Origin: Candidatus Saccharimonadales bacterium
GTDB lineage: Bacteria > Patescibacteriota > Saccharimonadia > Saccharimonadales > JACDBH01
Direction: 5' to 3'
Assembly (NCBI GenBank): GCA_041752595.1
Contig: JBGSWE010000002.1
Location: 1 to 46,079 of the forward strand
DNA: 46,079 bases
Part shown: positions 1 to 7,653 of the stretch, piece by piece
How positions within the stretch are numbered: position 1 is the first letter of the stretch
Layout of the letters: the number at the start of each line of letters is the position of its first letter
The notes under the pieces: generated by a model
Databases searched by the model: none
What the model was told of the DNA's origin: nothing
What the model saw: only the letters and a program-made list of their open reading frames with translations
Made by a program: the position numbers and the translations under genes

Positions 1-25
1 GGAGAATAAGGTACAATAAGCGTAT

Positions 26-1084
26 ATGCTTAGTGTAGTAATAATTCTTGGGATAATTTGTTTAGTTCTGGTTTTTGTTGTTGCTCGTAATACTCAAAAA
101 AAACAACCAGATACTCAAAGTGCGCTGTTAATCAAAGAAGATCTAACTAAGCTCAGTATTGATATTGAATCCCTAAAAGAAGGATTACAGGGTCACTTAA
201 CTTCTAGATTAGATAAAAACCAAGAGAGCATGACTAAACAATTAGAGGCTAGCTCTCAACTAATTAAGGACGTCACCGAGCGGTTAACTAAGCTTGATGA
301 TACGAACAAACGGGTAGTTGATGTGGCTGATGAGCTAAAACAATTACAAAACGTTTTACAAAATCCAAAACAGCGCGGAGTTTTGGGCGAATTTTATTTG
401 GATCAAATATTACAAAACTTGTTGCCGCCAAGTAGCTACGAGCTTCAATATAAACTTGCAGAAGGACTGGTTGTAGATGCAGTAATAAAGCTAGACGGCA
501 AACTACTTCCAATTGATAGTAAATTTAGTCTAGAGAACTATAACCGTTTATTAGATGCAAAGGGCGAAGCAAAAACATTGTTAGAAAAGCAATTTAAAGA
601 AGATCTAAAAAAGCGAATTGATGAAACCTCTAAATATATACAGCCCAACAAAAACACTCTTGAGCAAGCACTAATGTTTATACCTTCTGAGGCAATATAT
701 TACGATCTACTAGCTAACAAAGTCGGAGCGGGAGGAGTAAATGGTCGAGATCTTATGCAGTATGCGGCTATAGATAAACACGTTACAATTGTTGGCCCCA
801 GTACGCTAAGCGCAATGCTACAAGTTATTGTGCAGGGTCTTCGAAGTCTAGAAATTCAAAAAGATACTGATGTGATTCGTAAAAATGTTGAGCAATTAAC
901 CAAACACCTAGTTGGTTATGATATATATTTTAAAAAAGTTGGAACTTCTCTTGGTGCAACGGTTGGACATTATAATAATGCATCGAAAGAACTTGGCCGT
1001 ATAGATAAAGATATAGTCAAAATTGCCGCCTCAGATCCAGTACTTGAAACGCTACTGCTTGACAAGCCCCTTAGCGACGAATAA
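26..1084 (+). CDS. rmuC: DNA recombination protein RmuC
   Basis: N-terminal TM, coiled coil, then RGxLGE, DAVIKL..PIDSKF and ALMFIPSEAIY motifs typical of RmuC. Confidence 0.9.
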   Translation: MLSVVIILGIICLVLVFVVARNTQKKQPDTQSALLIKEDLTKLSIDIESLKEGLQGHLTSRLDKNQESMTKQLEASSQLIKDVTERLTKLDDTNKRVVDVADELKQLQNVLQNPKQRGVLGEFYLDQILQNLLPPSSYELQYKLAEGLVVDAVIKLDGKLLPIDSKFSLENYNRLLDAKGEAKTLLEKQFKEDLKKRIDETSKYIQPNKNTLEQALMFIPSEAIYYDLLANKVGAGGVNGRDLMQYAAIDKHVTIVGPSTLSAMLQVIVQGLRSLEIQKDTDVIRKNVEQLTKHLVGYDIYFKKVGTSLGATVGHYNNASKELGRIDKDIVKIAASDPVLETLLLDKPLSDE

Positions 1085-1087
1085 ATT
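1059..1087 (+). promoter_or_regulatory. sigma70-type promoter for the 1099 ORF
   Basis: TTGACA (1059-1064), 17 bp, TAAATT (1082-1087). Confidence 0.5.
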
Positions 1088-1098
1088 AATATCAAGTT

Positions 1099-1320
1099 AT
1101 GAGTTACGAAGCATTCCCTGTCGATGAAACAGACGAACTATACGGAGATGTTTATGTGCTTGGTGGTCAAGGAGCTGTAGACGAAATGGTGGAATATGTA
1201 AAAGCTGGACATAGCCCACCCAGTGCAGCAGAACATGCAAAAAACACCATTCCCTTAAACGGTATCAAAATACACGATTATAGAATAAGACATATGGGTA
1301 ACCATCAAGGTGAATACTAG
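1099..1320 (+). CDS. small hypothetical protein (73 aa)
   Basis: Fills the gap between rmuC and a convergent gene, with a promoter-like element upstream; no recognisable motif. Confidence 0.55.
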   Translation: MSYEAFPVDETDELYGDVYVLGGQGAVDEMVEYVKAGHSPPSAAEHAKNTIPLNGIKIHDYRIRHMGNHQGEY

Positions 1321-1323
1321 GAG

Positions 1324-2670
1324 TTAATTCTTATTGTTAGCTAGATCAATTGCTAGTGCAGCCGTCCAAGCAAAATCAGCAGCGCCCAAACCCTTGCCAT
1401 CAATTGCAGAAAAATATTCATACGGTCCAGATTTGTCGACCATTGTTAGGGTTCGCTCTGTAAGCTCGCTAGCTTCTTCGTGGAAGCCGTAGCGTTTTAG
1501 GCCGTCAATAATTAACCAGTTTGTGTTTACCCAAGCCGGGCCTTGCCAATACCTGTTGGCGTCAAAAAAAGTTGAGTCTAGTGGTACCGAAGGTACGGGA
1601 TGGTGAAGCCAGAATTTACGGTGGTCTTTTAGTAATTTAACTAGTTCCTCGGCCCGTTGTTTAGTAATTGTGCCAGCGTAAAGCGGCATAAAAGTTCCAA
1701 TGCTGGGCTCTAGTATTAACTTATGAGTTATAAAATCGCGTGAGTAATATTGACCGGTTGGTTGATCGTATAATTTTTCTAATGCTTCTTCTGAATGTTT
1801 AAAGTTAGTAACCAAGTCCTCAGGTAATTTACGCCTCAAAAAATCCGCAATAGCCACGAGTTGAGAGTTATTTCTAACCATAATACTGTTAAATGTAATA
1901 TCTTGGGTGCAAAAGTCAGAACGGTGCAATATTTTATCAATATCATACTTCTTTCGCCTAAGCCTGCGTACGACATCCCAAAGCAGTAACGCTTCTAGGC
2001 TACTGATACGCTGACCGGGATTTACTTTGCGGGTATCGCGTCTAAGCCAGTTAATAATTTTTTGCAGGTGCATTGTTTCTATTAGTGCTATCCACCATGG
2101 ACGCGAATGTTCGTATAGTTGTCTAACCCAGGGCGGAGTATTATCTAAGCCAACTTCATACGGGTGTATTTGCAAAGTAAGTCCTTCGTTGTGTGGATCG
2201 CGTTCGGCATACATCCAGGTGTGATAACTAACCAGTGGTTCATACATAAATCGATAAAATTCACGCTTGAGTTCGGTTGGAAGTTTTTCTCCAACTTTTA
2301 TAACCGCATCTGCAATCATTGGTGGTTGAGTAACGCCACTAGTTGCAACTGTATCTGGAGCATATGGACTAAGCCAGCTTCGCCATGCGTCACGTTCCCA
2401 CCTGTAGGCACGCCCAGAATTAAATATCATATTAGGGATCATACCGTTTGCCCATTGACCCCTTACTAGATTGGCAATTTCTGTAGCGGCGCGGTTCGGA
2501 TCTAGGTGTCTTAATCCAATTGCTATAAAAGCACTATCCCATAGCCACTGGTGGGGATAAAGTACTGCGGGTGAAGTATGTGTTCCGTTATCGTTTGCCT
2601 TTAATACTTCGGCCATTCGTTCAGTAAACTCAACGGGTGAGTCAGCTGGTTCTGTAGGGATAGTTTCCAT
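1324..2670 (-). CDS. GH63-like (alpha/alpha)6 glycoside hydrolase, mannosyl/glucosylglycerate hydrolase type
   Basis: YPHQWLWDSAF, GVTQPP, EVGLDNTP and YWQGPAWVNTNW motifs; start moved to ATG 2670, 8 nt after TATACT. Confidence 0.8.
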   Translation of the reverse strand: METIPTEPADSPVEFTERMAEVLKANDNGTHTSPAVLYPHQWLWDSAFIAIGLRHLDPNRAATEIANLVRGQWANGMIPNMIFNSGRAYRWERDAWRSWLSPYAPDTVATSGVTQPPMIADAVIKVGEKLPTELKREFYRFMYEPLVSYHTWMYAERDPHNEGLTLQIHPYEVGLDNTPPWVRQLYEHSRPWWIALIETMHLQKIINWLRRDTRKVNPGQRISSLEALLLWDVVRRLRRKKYDIDKILHRSDFCTQDITFNSIMVRNNSQLVAIADFLRRKLPEDLVTNFKHSEEALEKLYDQPTGQYYSRDFITHKLILEPSIGTFMPLYAGTITKQRAEELVKLLKDHRKFWLHHPVPSVPLDSTFFDANRYWQGPAWVNTNWLIIDGLKRYGFHEEASELTERTLTMVDKSGPYEYFSAIDGKGLGAADFAWTAALAIDLANNKN

Positions 2671-2704
2671 TAAGCTTAAGTATAGCGATGTTCTGCTCAG
2701 AAAC

Positions 2705-2726
2705 AAAAAAGCCCCTCAAATAGGGG
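2705..2726 (-). terminator. intrinsic terminator of the minus-strand cassette
   Basis: Minus strand reads CCCCT-atttg-AGGGG followed by cTTTTTTgTTT. Confidence 0.55.
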
Positions 2727-2761
2727 ATAATACAAAAAGTTGTTGAGTACGGTGAGTTTAG

Positions 2762-2828
2762 GAGTGATAGCCAGAGTGGCTGGGGGTAGGGCGATAGCCT
2801 TAATTCCAGCCACTCTAGCATAACACTT
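2762..2828. repeat. long hairpin in the cassette 3' UTR
   Basis: AGAGTGGCTGG (2773-2783) / CCAGCCACTCT (2806-2816) is a perfect 11-bp stem, extendable inward and outward. Confidence 0.85.
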
Positions 2829-2829
2829 A

Positions 2830-3798
2830 CTAGCAGCCTTGAATGTTCGGCCAGTTTACAGCAATACAGATTTGCTTTCGTTGTATTTCGTTCAACACGT
2901 CTTGTCCGTTAACCATGTCTGTTGCTTCACCAATTGGAGGAATAGTAGCCGTTGGTTGTTGTGTGAGTTCAGGGAAGTAAGTCACGAAGCAATCGACGAT
3001 GCCCTGGTTGATGAGAGCTTTGTCTTCGTAAGGTCTCAGCATTCCAAGACTAACTGCATCAAACCGTTCTTGTGGTGTTCCATGGCTCCCCCCCAGGGGC
3101 TCGCCGATATCAATTGCAGTTTGTAGGATTGCTTCGACATCTTTTATCTCGAAGACTCTTTCTACTCCGGCAATTGCAACTCCTCCCAAGCAATCTGCAT
3201 TGTTTTCTACAGAAACACTTGGTAATAGCTGCATCACCTCCGCCCCAAATATTTCGTACTGGATGTTATGGCCCCATTCGTGAGCGAGGAGAAAGAAAAC
3301 TCCAGCTTCTCCGGCAGGGTTGATTTGGATGCTACCACTTTGGATCGTAATGACATCACCATTGACCAGATCAGTGGTAAGTCCGGTGGGAACAGAAATG
3401 ACATCTGTTAGAGTGCAATATGCTGGGCCAACGCTATTACTAGCCGTATCTACAAGATCACCGCATGCAATTGCTTCGGTGCCTGTAAGGAACTCGGTAT
3501 CAACAACCTCTGACGCAAATGGTACACCGTGAAAGACGTACTGATCGCTCCAAAATCGTTGAATTTCGTCAACCATGGGCTGGTATACCTGAAGCTCAAC
3601 TATTAAGTCATCAGCAGTATCGCAGATGATTCCACAGTTTGATGGAATTGGTGATGGAGTAGCAGGGTCTTCGGGGAAAAGAATGATATCACCCTCACTT
3701 CCGGTTTCGCCTGTATCACCACCTGTGTCATCATCTGAGCCACAAGCCGTCAGTGCAAGGGCAATAGTAGCTGCGATGGCCAATTTTTTGAAACGCAT
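2830..3798 (-). CDS. lipoprotein, neutral zinc metallopeptidase (YpfJ/Zn_peptidase-like)
   Basis: Signal peptide with LTA-C lipobox; GPAYC, AHEWGHNIQ (HExxH), ENNADCLGG and SHGTPQER motifs. Confidence 0.85.
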   Translation of the reverse strand: MRFKKLAIAATIALALTACGSDDDTGGDTGETGSEGDIILFPEDPATPSPIPSNCGIICDTADDLIVELQVYQPMVDEIQRFWSDQYVFHGVPFASEVVDTEFLTGTEAIACGDLVDTASNSVGPAYCTLTDVISVPTGLTTDLVNGDVITIQSGSIQINPAGEAGVFFLLAHEWGHNIQYEIFGAEVMQLLPSVSVENNADCLGGVAIAGVERVFEIKDVEAILQTAIDIGEPLGGSHGTPQERFDAVSLGMLRPYEDKALINQGIVDCFVTYFPELTQQPTATIPPIGEATDMVNGQDVLNEIQRKQICIAVNWPNIQGC

Positions 3799-3923
3799 TA
3801 GTCAACCTTCTTTCGCTTTTCTCGGATGATTGTTACTGCGGTCGCAGTCACAATAATAACTAACAAACCGAAAACTCCCCATGCTCCTAAGAGCAAGATT
3901 ATTGGTGCAGGTCCTTGGTTCAC
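3798..3923 (-). CDS. 41-aa single-TM peptide (not in ORF track)
   Basis: GTG start after TAGGA; MNQGPAPIILLLGAWGVFGLLVIIVTATAVTIIREKRKKVD; TAATG overlap with the peptidase start. Confidence 0.75.
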   Translation of the reverse strand: MNQGPAPIILLLGAWGVFGLLVIIVTATAVTIIREKRKKVD

Positions 3924-4190
3924 TAACTGGTCCTACTCTTTGTTCCGGTTTTCCCACCATTTGATCAAAGCCCCAACAGCAAGAACGCTGCCAAAGGCGA
4001 TGAAAATGATAAAGGGCATCGGCAGGTTAGTTCCCGCTACGTCAATTTGTCCATTGCAATCTTGATCAAATTGTCCGCAATCAAGCTCGAAGTCGTCTAC
4101 TGAATTCTGGGGCAAAACTTCTTCGCCCAAATAAAAGAGTTGGTATGTTGAGGTCACTATCTGCTCCTACTTCTTGTTCCGGTTTTCCCA
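3921..4190. repeat. two 36-bp direct repeats (3921-3956, 4155-4190)
   Basis: 32/36 identical; the minus strand of each encodes WENRNK[K/E]-stop, an SD and the next GTG start. Confidence 0.9.
3933..4157 (-). CDS. 74-aa peptide: acidic N-terminus with Cys pair, C-terminal TM, WENRNKE tail
   Basis: AGGAG SD 6 nt before GTG; TM followed by a charged tail. Confidence 0.75.
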   Translation of the reverse strand: MTSTYQLFYLGEEVLPQNSVDDFELDCGQFDQDCNGQIDVAGTNLPMPFIIFIAFGSVLAVGALIKWWENRNKE

Positions 4191-4256
4191 GGACTTGTAT
4201 GCTTGATAGGCGACAATCATGATGATTGCTGCAGCACCCAAAGGCAAAACTTCCAT
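4167..4256 (-). CDS. 29-aa single-TM peptide (not in ORF track)
   Basis: AAGGAGAG SD, then MEVLPLGAAAIIMIVAYQAYKSWENRNKK-stop. Confidence 0.7.
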   Translation of the reverse strand: MEVLPLGAAAIIMIVAYQAYKSWENRNKK

Positions 4257-4284
4257 GTTTATTCTCTCCTTGTTAAGGCAAGCA

Positions 4285-4328
4285 TCCACTAAAAATAGTA
4301 GAAAAAATGAAGGAACTATTCCTTCATT
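4285..4328 (-). promoter_or_regulatory. structured 5' leader (two hairpins)
   Basis: 10-bp stem AATGAAGGAA/TTCCTTCATT (4306-4328) followed by a U run on the minus strand; 7-bp stem 4285-4302 with a minus-strand G-U pair. Could also terminate yajQ. Confidence 0.6.
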
Positions 4329-4359
4329 AACCTGCGGGCACTCACCGTACTTGATACAA

Positions 4360-4388
4360 ACTATAAACTAAAAATTAATATATGACAA
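4360..4388 (-). promoter_or_regulatory. sigma70-type promoter for the cassette
   Basis: Minus strand TTGTCA (4388-4383), 17 bp, TATAGT (4365-4360); predicted TSS ~4353. Confidence 0.7.
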
Positions 4389-4396
4389 ATAAAAAC

Positions 4397-4891
4397 CTAA
4401 CGGAAGTTTGTAAAATTAATCGGGAAGTCGAAATCTTGTTCACGTAGCAGTTGCATAACGTCTTGCAAATCATTTTTGCTAGCACTAGTTACGCGCACTT
4501 CGTCGCCCTGGATTTGTGGTTTAACTTTGGGGTAGGTTTCACGTATTTTGGCGGTGATTTTTTTGGCTTTTTCTTGATCGAGGCCCTTTTTGAACGGCAC
4601 TTCCTGTGTAGTTTTGAGGTTACTGGTGATGGGTTCTTTGGTTGTGTCTAATAATTTTTGTGATTGGCCGCGGGTAGCGAGTTTTTTGCGAACAATATCA
4701 AGTATTGCCTCAATCTGCCAATCACCATTTCCAGTGATTTTAAAACCAGTTTTATCATCCATCCACTCGATTGCTGCCGGAGTGCCCTTAAAATCATAAC
4801 GGCTATCGAGCTCACGCAGGGTTTGATCATAAACGTTATTAAGCTCAGCCTTGTCGTAGTCGCTCACAATATCAAAACTAAAATTTGCCAT
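4397..4891 (-). CDS. yajQ: YajQ family nucleotide/c-di-GMP-binding protein
   Basis: SFDIVS, RYDFKG, QIQGDEVRVT..KNDLQ and F.NFR motifs; likely start MANFSF. Confidence 0.92.
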   Translation of the reverse strand: MANFSFDIVSDYDKAELNNVYDQTLRELDSRYDFKGTPAAIEWMDDKTGFKITGNGDWQIEAILDIVRKKLATRGQSQKLLDTTKEPITSNLKTTQEVPFKKGLDQEKAKKITAKIRETYPKVKPQIQGDEVRVTSASKNDLQDVMQLLREQDFDFPINFTNFR

Positions 4892-5007
4892 ACCACAAGT
4901 TTCGCACCACATGAGTCCGTTGTCCAGCGGAGCTGGCACTTTCTCATGTTCCTGACACCCAGCAAATTTTTTATCAAAGCCCCGCCAAGGTGTTATAATT
5001 TGGTTAA

Positions 5008-6033
5008 ATGAATTACCAAAATCAAGATATTGCCCGTATTGCTGATGAGCTTAAGCTAAAACTTGCTGATTTGACTGATAAGAAGTCAATTCTTCGCGAT
5101 CCAGCGCTAAAGAGCTTGTTTGATCAGCTTAAAACACTGCCACCAGAAGAACGTGGACCGTTTGGTAAAGAGGTTAATCTACTAAGAATTGAGCTAACTG
5201 AAATAGTTGAATCAGCAGCTAGTACCGAAATACTAGCGCCAATAGATATAACAGCACCTTGGGACATAAATACTCCTACGGACAAGTTGCCTAAACTCCT
5301 GCCCACAGAGCAAGGTAGTTTGCACCCGCTCACTCAAGAGATAGCTGTAATTACTGACATTTATGAAAGAATGGGATTTGTGGTAGAGGAATCTCGAGAG
5401 ATTGACGACGATTATCATATGTTTAGCAGTCTAAATTTTCCAGCTGATCACCCAGCCAGAGATGACTATGACACCTTTATGACAGACGAAGGTTTGGTTG
5501 CACCTGCCCATACAAGCACAATGCAAAATCGAGTGCTACAAAAATACCGAGAAAATTTAGAAAACGGCGAACCAATCGCGGTTGTAATCCCAGGTCGAGT
5601 CTTCCGAAATGAAGACGTAGATGTTACTCACGAACACACCTTTTATCAAATTGAAGGAGTCTATGTAAACAAGGGAGTTAATGTTGGCAACCTGGTTGCA
5701 GTGCTCAAGGCCTATATGAGCGAATTCTTTGGACAGGAACTAAATGTAAAGATTCAGCCATTTTACTTTCCGTTTACTGAGCCGTCATTTGAGTTTGCAG
5801 TAGAGCGCCCTGAGATACTACGCAAAAATGATTCAGAAGAGCAAAAATGGCTCGAGCTAGGCGGCTGCGGCATGATACACCCAAACGTATTAAAAGAAGC
5901 CGGCATCGACCCAATAGAATACGCTGGTTTTGCTTGGGGCTTTGGCGTTGAGCGTATGGTGATGATGAAAAACGCCATAGAAGATATCAGGCATTTTGAA
6001 AGTGCAAATTTAAAGTTCTTGAGGCAATTCTAG
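5008..6033 (+). CDS. pheS: phenylalanine--tRNA ligase alpha subunit
   Basis: GSLHP, HPARD, HTS, FYQIEG, YFPFTEPS, GFAWGFGVER. Confidence 0.97.
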   Translation: MNYQNQDIARIADELKLKLADLTDKKSILRDPALKSLFDQLKTLPPEERGPFGKEVNLLRIELTEIVESAASTEILAPIDITAPWDINTPTDKLPKLLPTEQGSLHPLTQEIAVITDIYERMGFVVEESREIDDDYHMFSSLNFPADHPARDDYDTFMTDEGLVAPAHTSTMQNRVLQKYRENLENGEPIAVVIPGRVFRNEDVDVTHEHTFYQIEGVYVNKGVNVGNLVAVLKAYMSEFFGQELNVKIQPFYFPFTEPSFEFAVERPEILRKNDSEEQKWLELGGCGMIHPNVLKEAGIDPIEYAGFAWGFGVERMVMMKNAIEDIRHFESANLKFLRQF

Positions 6034-6034
6034 T

Positions 6035-6376
6035 ATGAAAATTGTAGACAAAATTTCTGTTACTGAGCTTAAAGATATGGCCCAAAAGATGTTTGGAGAA
6101 CTCGTAAAAGCAGATGTGGACATTTTAAAAAGGGTTGTTATTGTAGATATGCCAATGCATTATGATGGTGAACAAGAACTATTAGATAATGGTTCAAAAC
6201 AAAAAGATTTGTGGGGTATAAACCTGCATCCTGATGATTATGGAACAGATGAGTTTATAGAATTTGATTCGATGATAAACATTCGGCCATCTCAGGGCAA
6301 TCCATCCCGTGACGTTATAGATGAAAATGTTCGAGCTCAAATTAAAGAAATTATTGCAGAGGTTGTGTATGAGTAG
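6035..6376 (+). CDS. DUF5674-like protein
   Basis: VKADVD, LWGINL and IEFDSMINIRPSQGN pattern recalled for this family. Confidence 0.7.
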   Translation: MKIVDKISVTELKDMAQKMFGELVKADVDILKRVVIVDMPMHYDGEQELLDNGSKQKDLWGINLHPDDYGTDEFIEFDSMINIRPSQGNPSRDVIDENVRAQIKEIIAEVVYE

Positions 6377-6686
6377 CCACGAATTTGACCAAAATGCATG
6401 GAGTGAGCAATCTGTTTTTTGGCAAATGGGCAACATTGGGTCTGAGGTTGGAAGGGCTATGAGTGCAAAACGCAGTGGAAACGAGAGACGGAAGTTAAGC
6501 GCCTTTTACCGAGGAATGGATTTAATAAATGCAACCGTAGATGCGTGGACGATACGTGGTATATCAACTTACGAACTATTAATAGCCCGTGAACAATTTG
6601 CAAAATCTGTTTTAACAGATGACGAAGATCTAAAATTAGAAAATTATTTTATGCAGTATGCGGTTGCTGAAAGGTTAAATCGATGA
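6369..6686 (+). CDS. helical hypothetical protein (QMGNIGSEVGRA motif)
   Basis: ATG 6369 overlaps the upstream gene end; ATGA overlap with the next gene. Confidence 0.7.
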   Translation: MSSHEFDQNAWSEQSVFWQMGNIGSEVGRAMSAKRSGNERRKLSAFYRGMDLINATVDAWTIRGISTYELLIAREQFAKSVLTDDEDLKLENYFMQYAVAERLNR

Positions 6687-7102
6687 TTCCAAATTGTGCA
6701 TTTTGTGACCCTGAAGAATTAGATTGGCGTACTATTCGCCGTGACGACAATATGCGGTCTGTCGTATCGAACCCAAGTTTTCGAAATGGACATAGCTTAG
6801 TAATTCCTAATAGACATATTTTTCGGGTAGAAGAATTGGAAGATCAAGAGTCGGCAAGTATTATGCGTGAACTCGGCCGGCTAGGAATGCTTCTAGATAA
6901 TGGTTTTGGAAATGGCGTGATGCAAAAATATCAACCACTTCAAGCTGAAAATGGTATAAAAGTAAGTCATTTGCATTTTCATGTGTTTCCTCGTTTTGAA
7001 GATGAAGTTGGTTTATTTCCAGTACCCGAACCAAATAGCTTCGACGGCTTTACCCGGCAACAACCAGAAGAAGTACTTGATATGGTAGAGAAATTAAAAT
7101 GA
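6683..7102 (+). CDS. HIT family hydrolase
   Basis: CAFC, GHSLVIPNRH and HLHFH histidine triad. Confidence 0.9.
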   Translation: MIPNCAFCDPEELDWRTIRRDDNMRSVVSNPSFRNGHSLVIPNRHIFRVEELEDQESASIMRELGRLGMLLDNGFGNGVMQKYQPLQAENGIKVSHLHFHVFPRFEDEVGLFPVPEPNSFDGFTRQQPEEVLDMVEKLK

Positions 7103-7653
7103 AAAATGCCTTACTTTTACATGGGACAAGCGCTAACCCAAATATGAACTGGTTTGATTGGCTTAAAGATAAGTTAGAAAAAGATGGCTATAAAGTTTGG
7201 GTGCCACAACTACCTGGGTCCGAACACCCTGACATGAATAGCTACAGGGAGTTTATATTCGGTAGTAATTGGGAGTTTGATGATAATTCTATTATTGTTG
7301 GACATTCTTCGGGTGCAGTAGCAGCCCTGTCCTTATTAGAAGCCATGCCTGAGGGTGCGCAGATTGATACCGCCGTAATGGTGGGAGTTTATAGACCAGA
7401 AGAAAAAGAATATTCTACTCGTGAACCAATAGATATAGAAAAAGTACACAACAAGGCTAAGCGATTTGTTTTTGTGCATTCAGACAATGATCATCTTTGC
7501 CCCTTGGAAGATGCCCAGTTTTTCGCCGATAAACTAAACGGTGAACTGTTAATTGTTCCTGGTGGTAGACATTTTAGTGAGATGCAAGATATTAAGCACA
7601 AAGAATTACCAGAATTACTTAGTGTTTTAGGTTTAGAAAGTGAAAAAATATGA
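7099..7653 (+). CDS. RBBP9/YdeN-family alpha/beta hydrolase
   Basis: LLHG, GHSSG nucleophile elbow, HSDND, GGRHF. Confidence 0.88.
   Translation: MKNALLLHGTSANPNMNWFDWLKDKLEKDGYKVWVPQLPGSEHPDMNSYREFIFGSNWEFDDNSIIVGHSSGAVAALSLLEAMPEGAQIDTAVMVGVYRPEEKEYSTREPIDIEKVHNKAKRFVFVHSDNDHLCPLEDAQFFADKLNGELLIVPGGRHFSEMQDIKHKELPELLSVLGLESEKI

Noticed and set aside
3626-4065. + strand ORFs 3626-3829 and 3826-4065
   Set aside because: Antisense shadows of minus-strand genes that have SDs and coupled junctions
3921-4190. 36-bp repeats as a CRISPR mini-array or integron attC sites
   Set aside because: Only two clear copies with 198 bp between them, non-palindromic and protein-coding; no cas gene or integrase in the window
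2746-4351. IS or transposon bounded by 12-bp inverted repeats
   Set aside because: No transposase, no evident target-site duplication, and the promoter and terminator lie outside the repeats; kept only as an alternative
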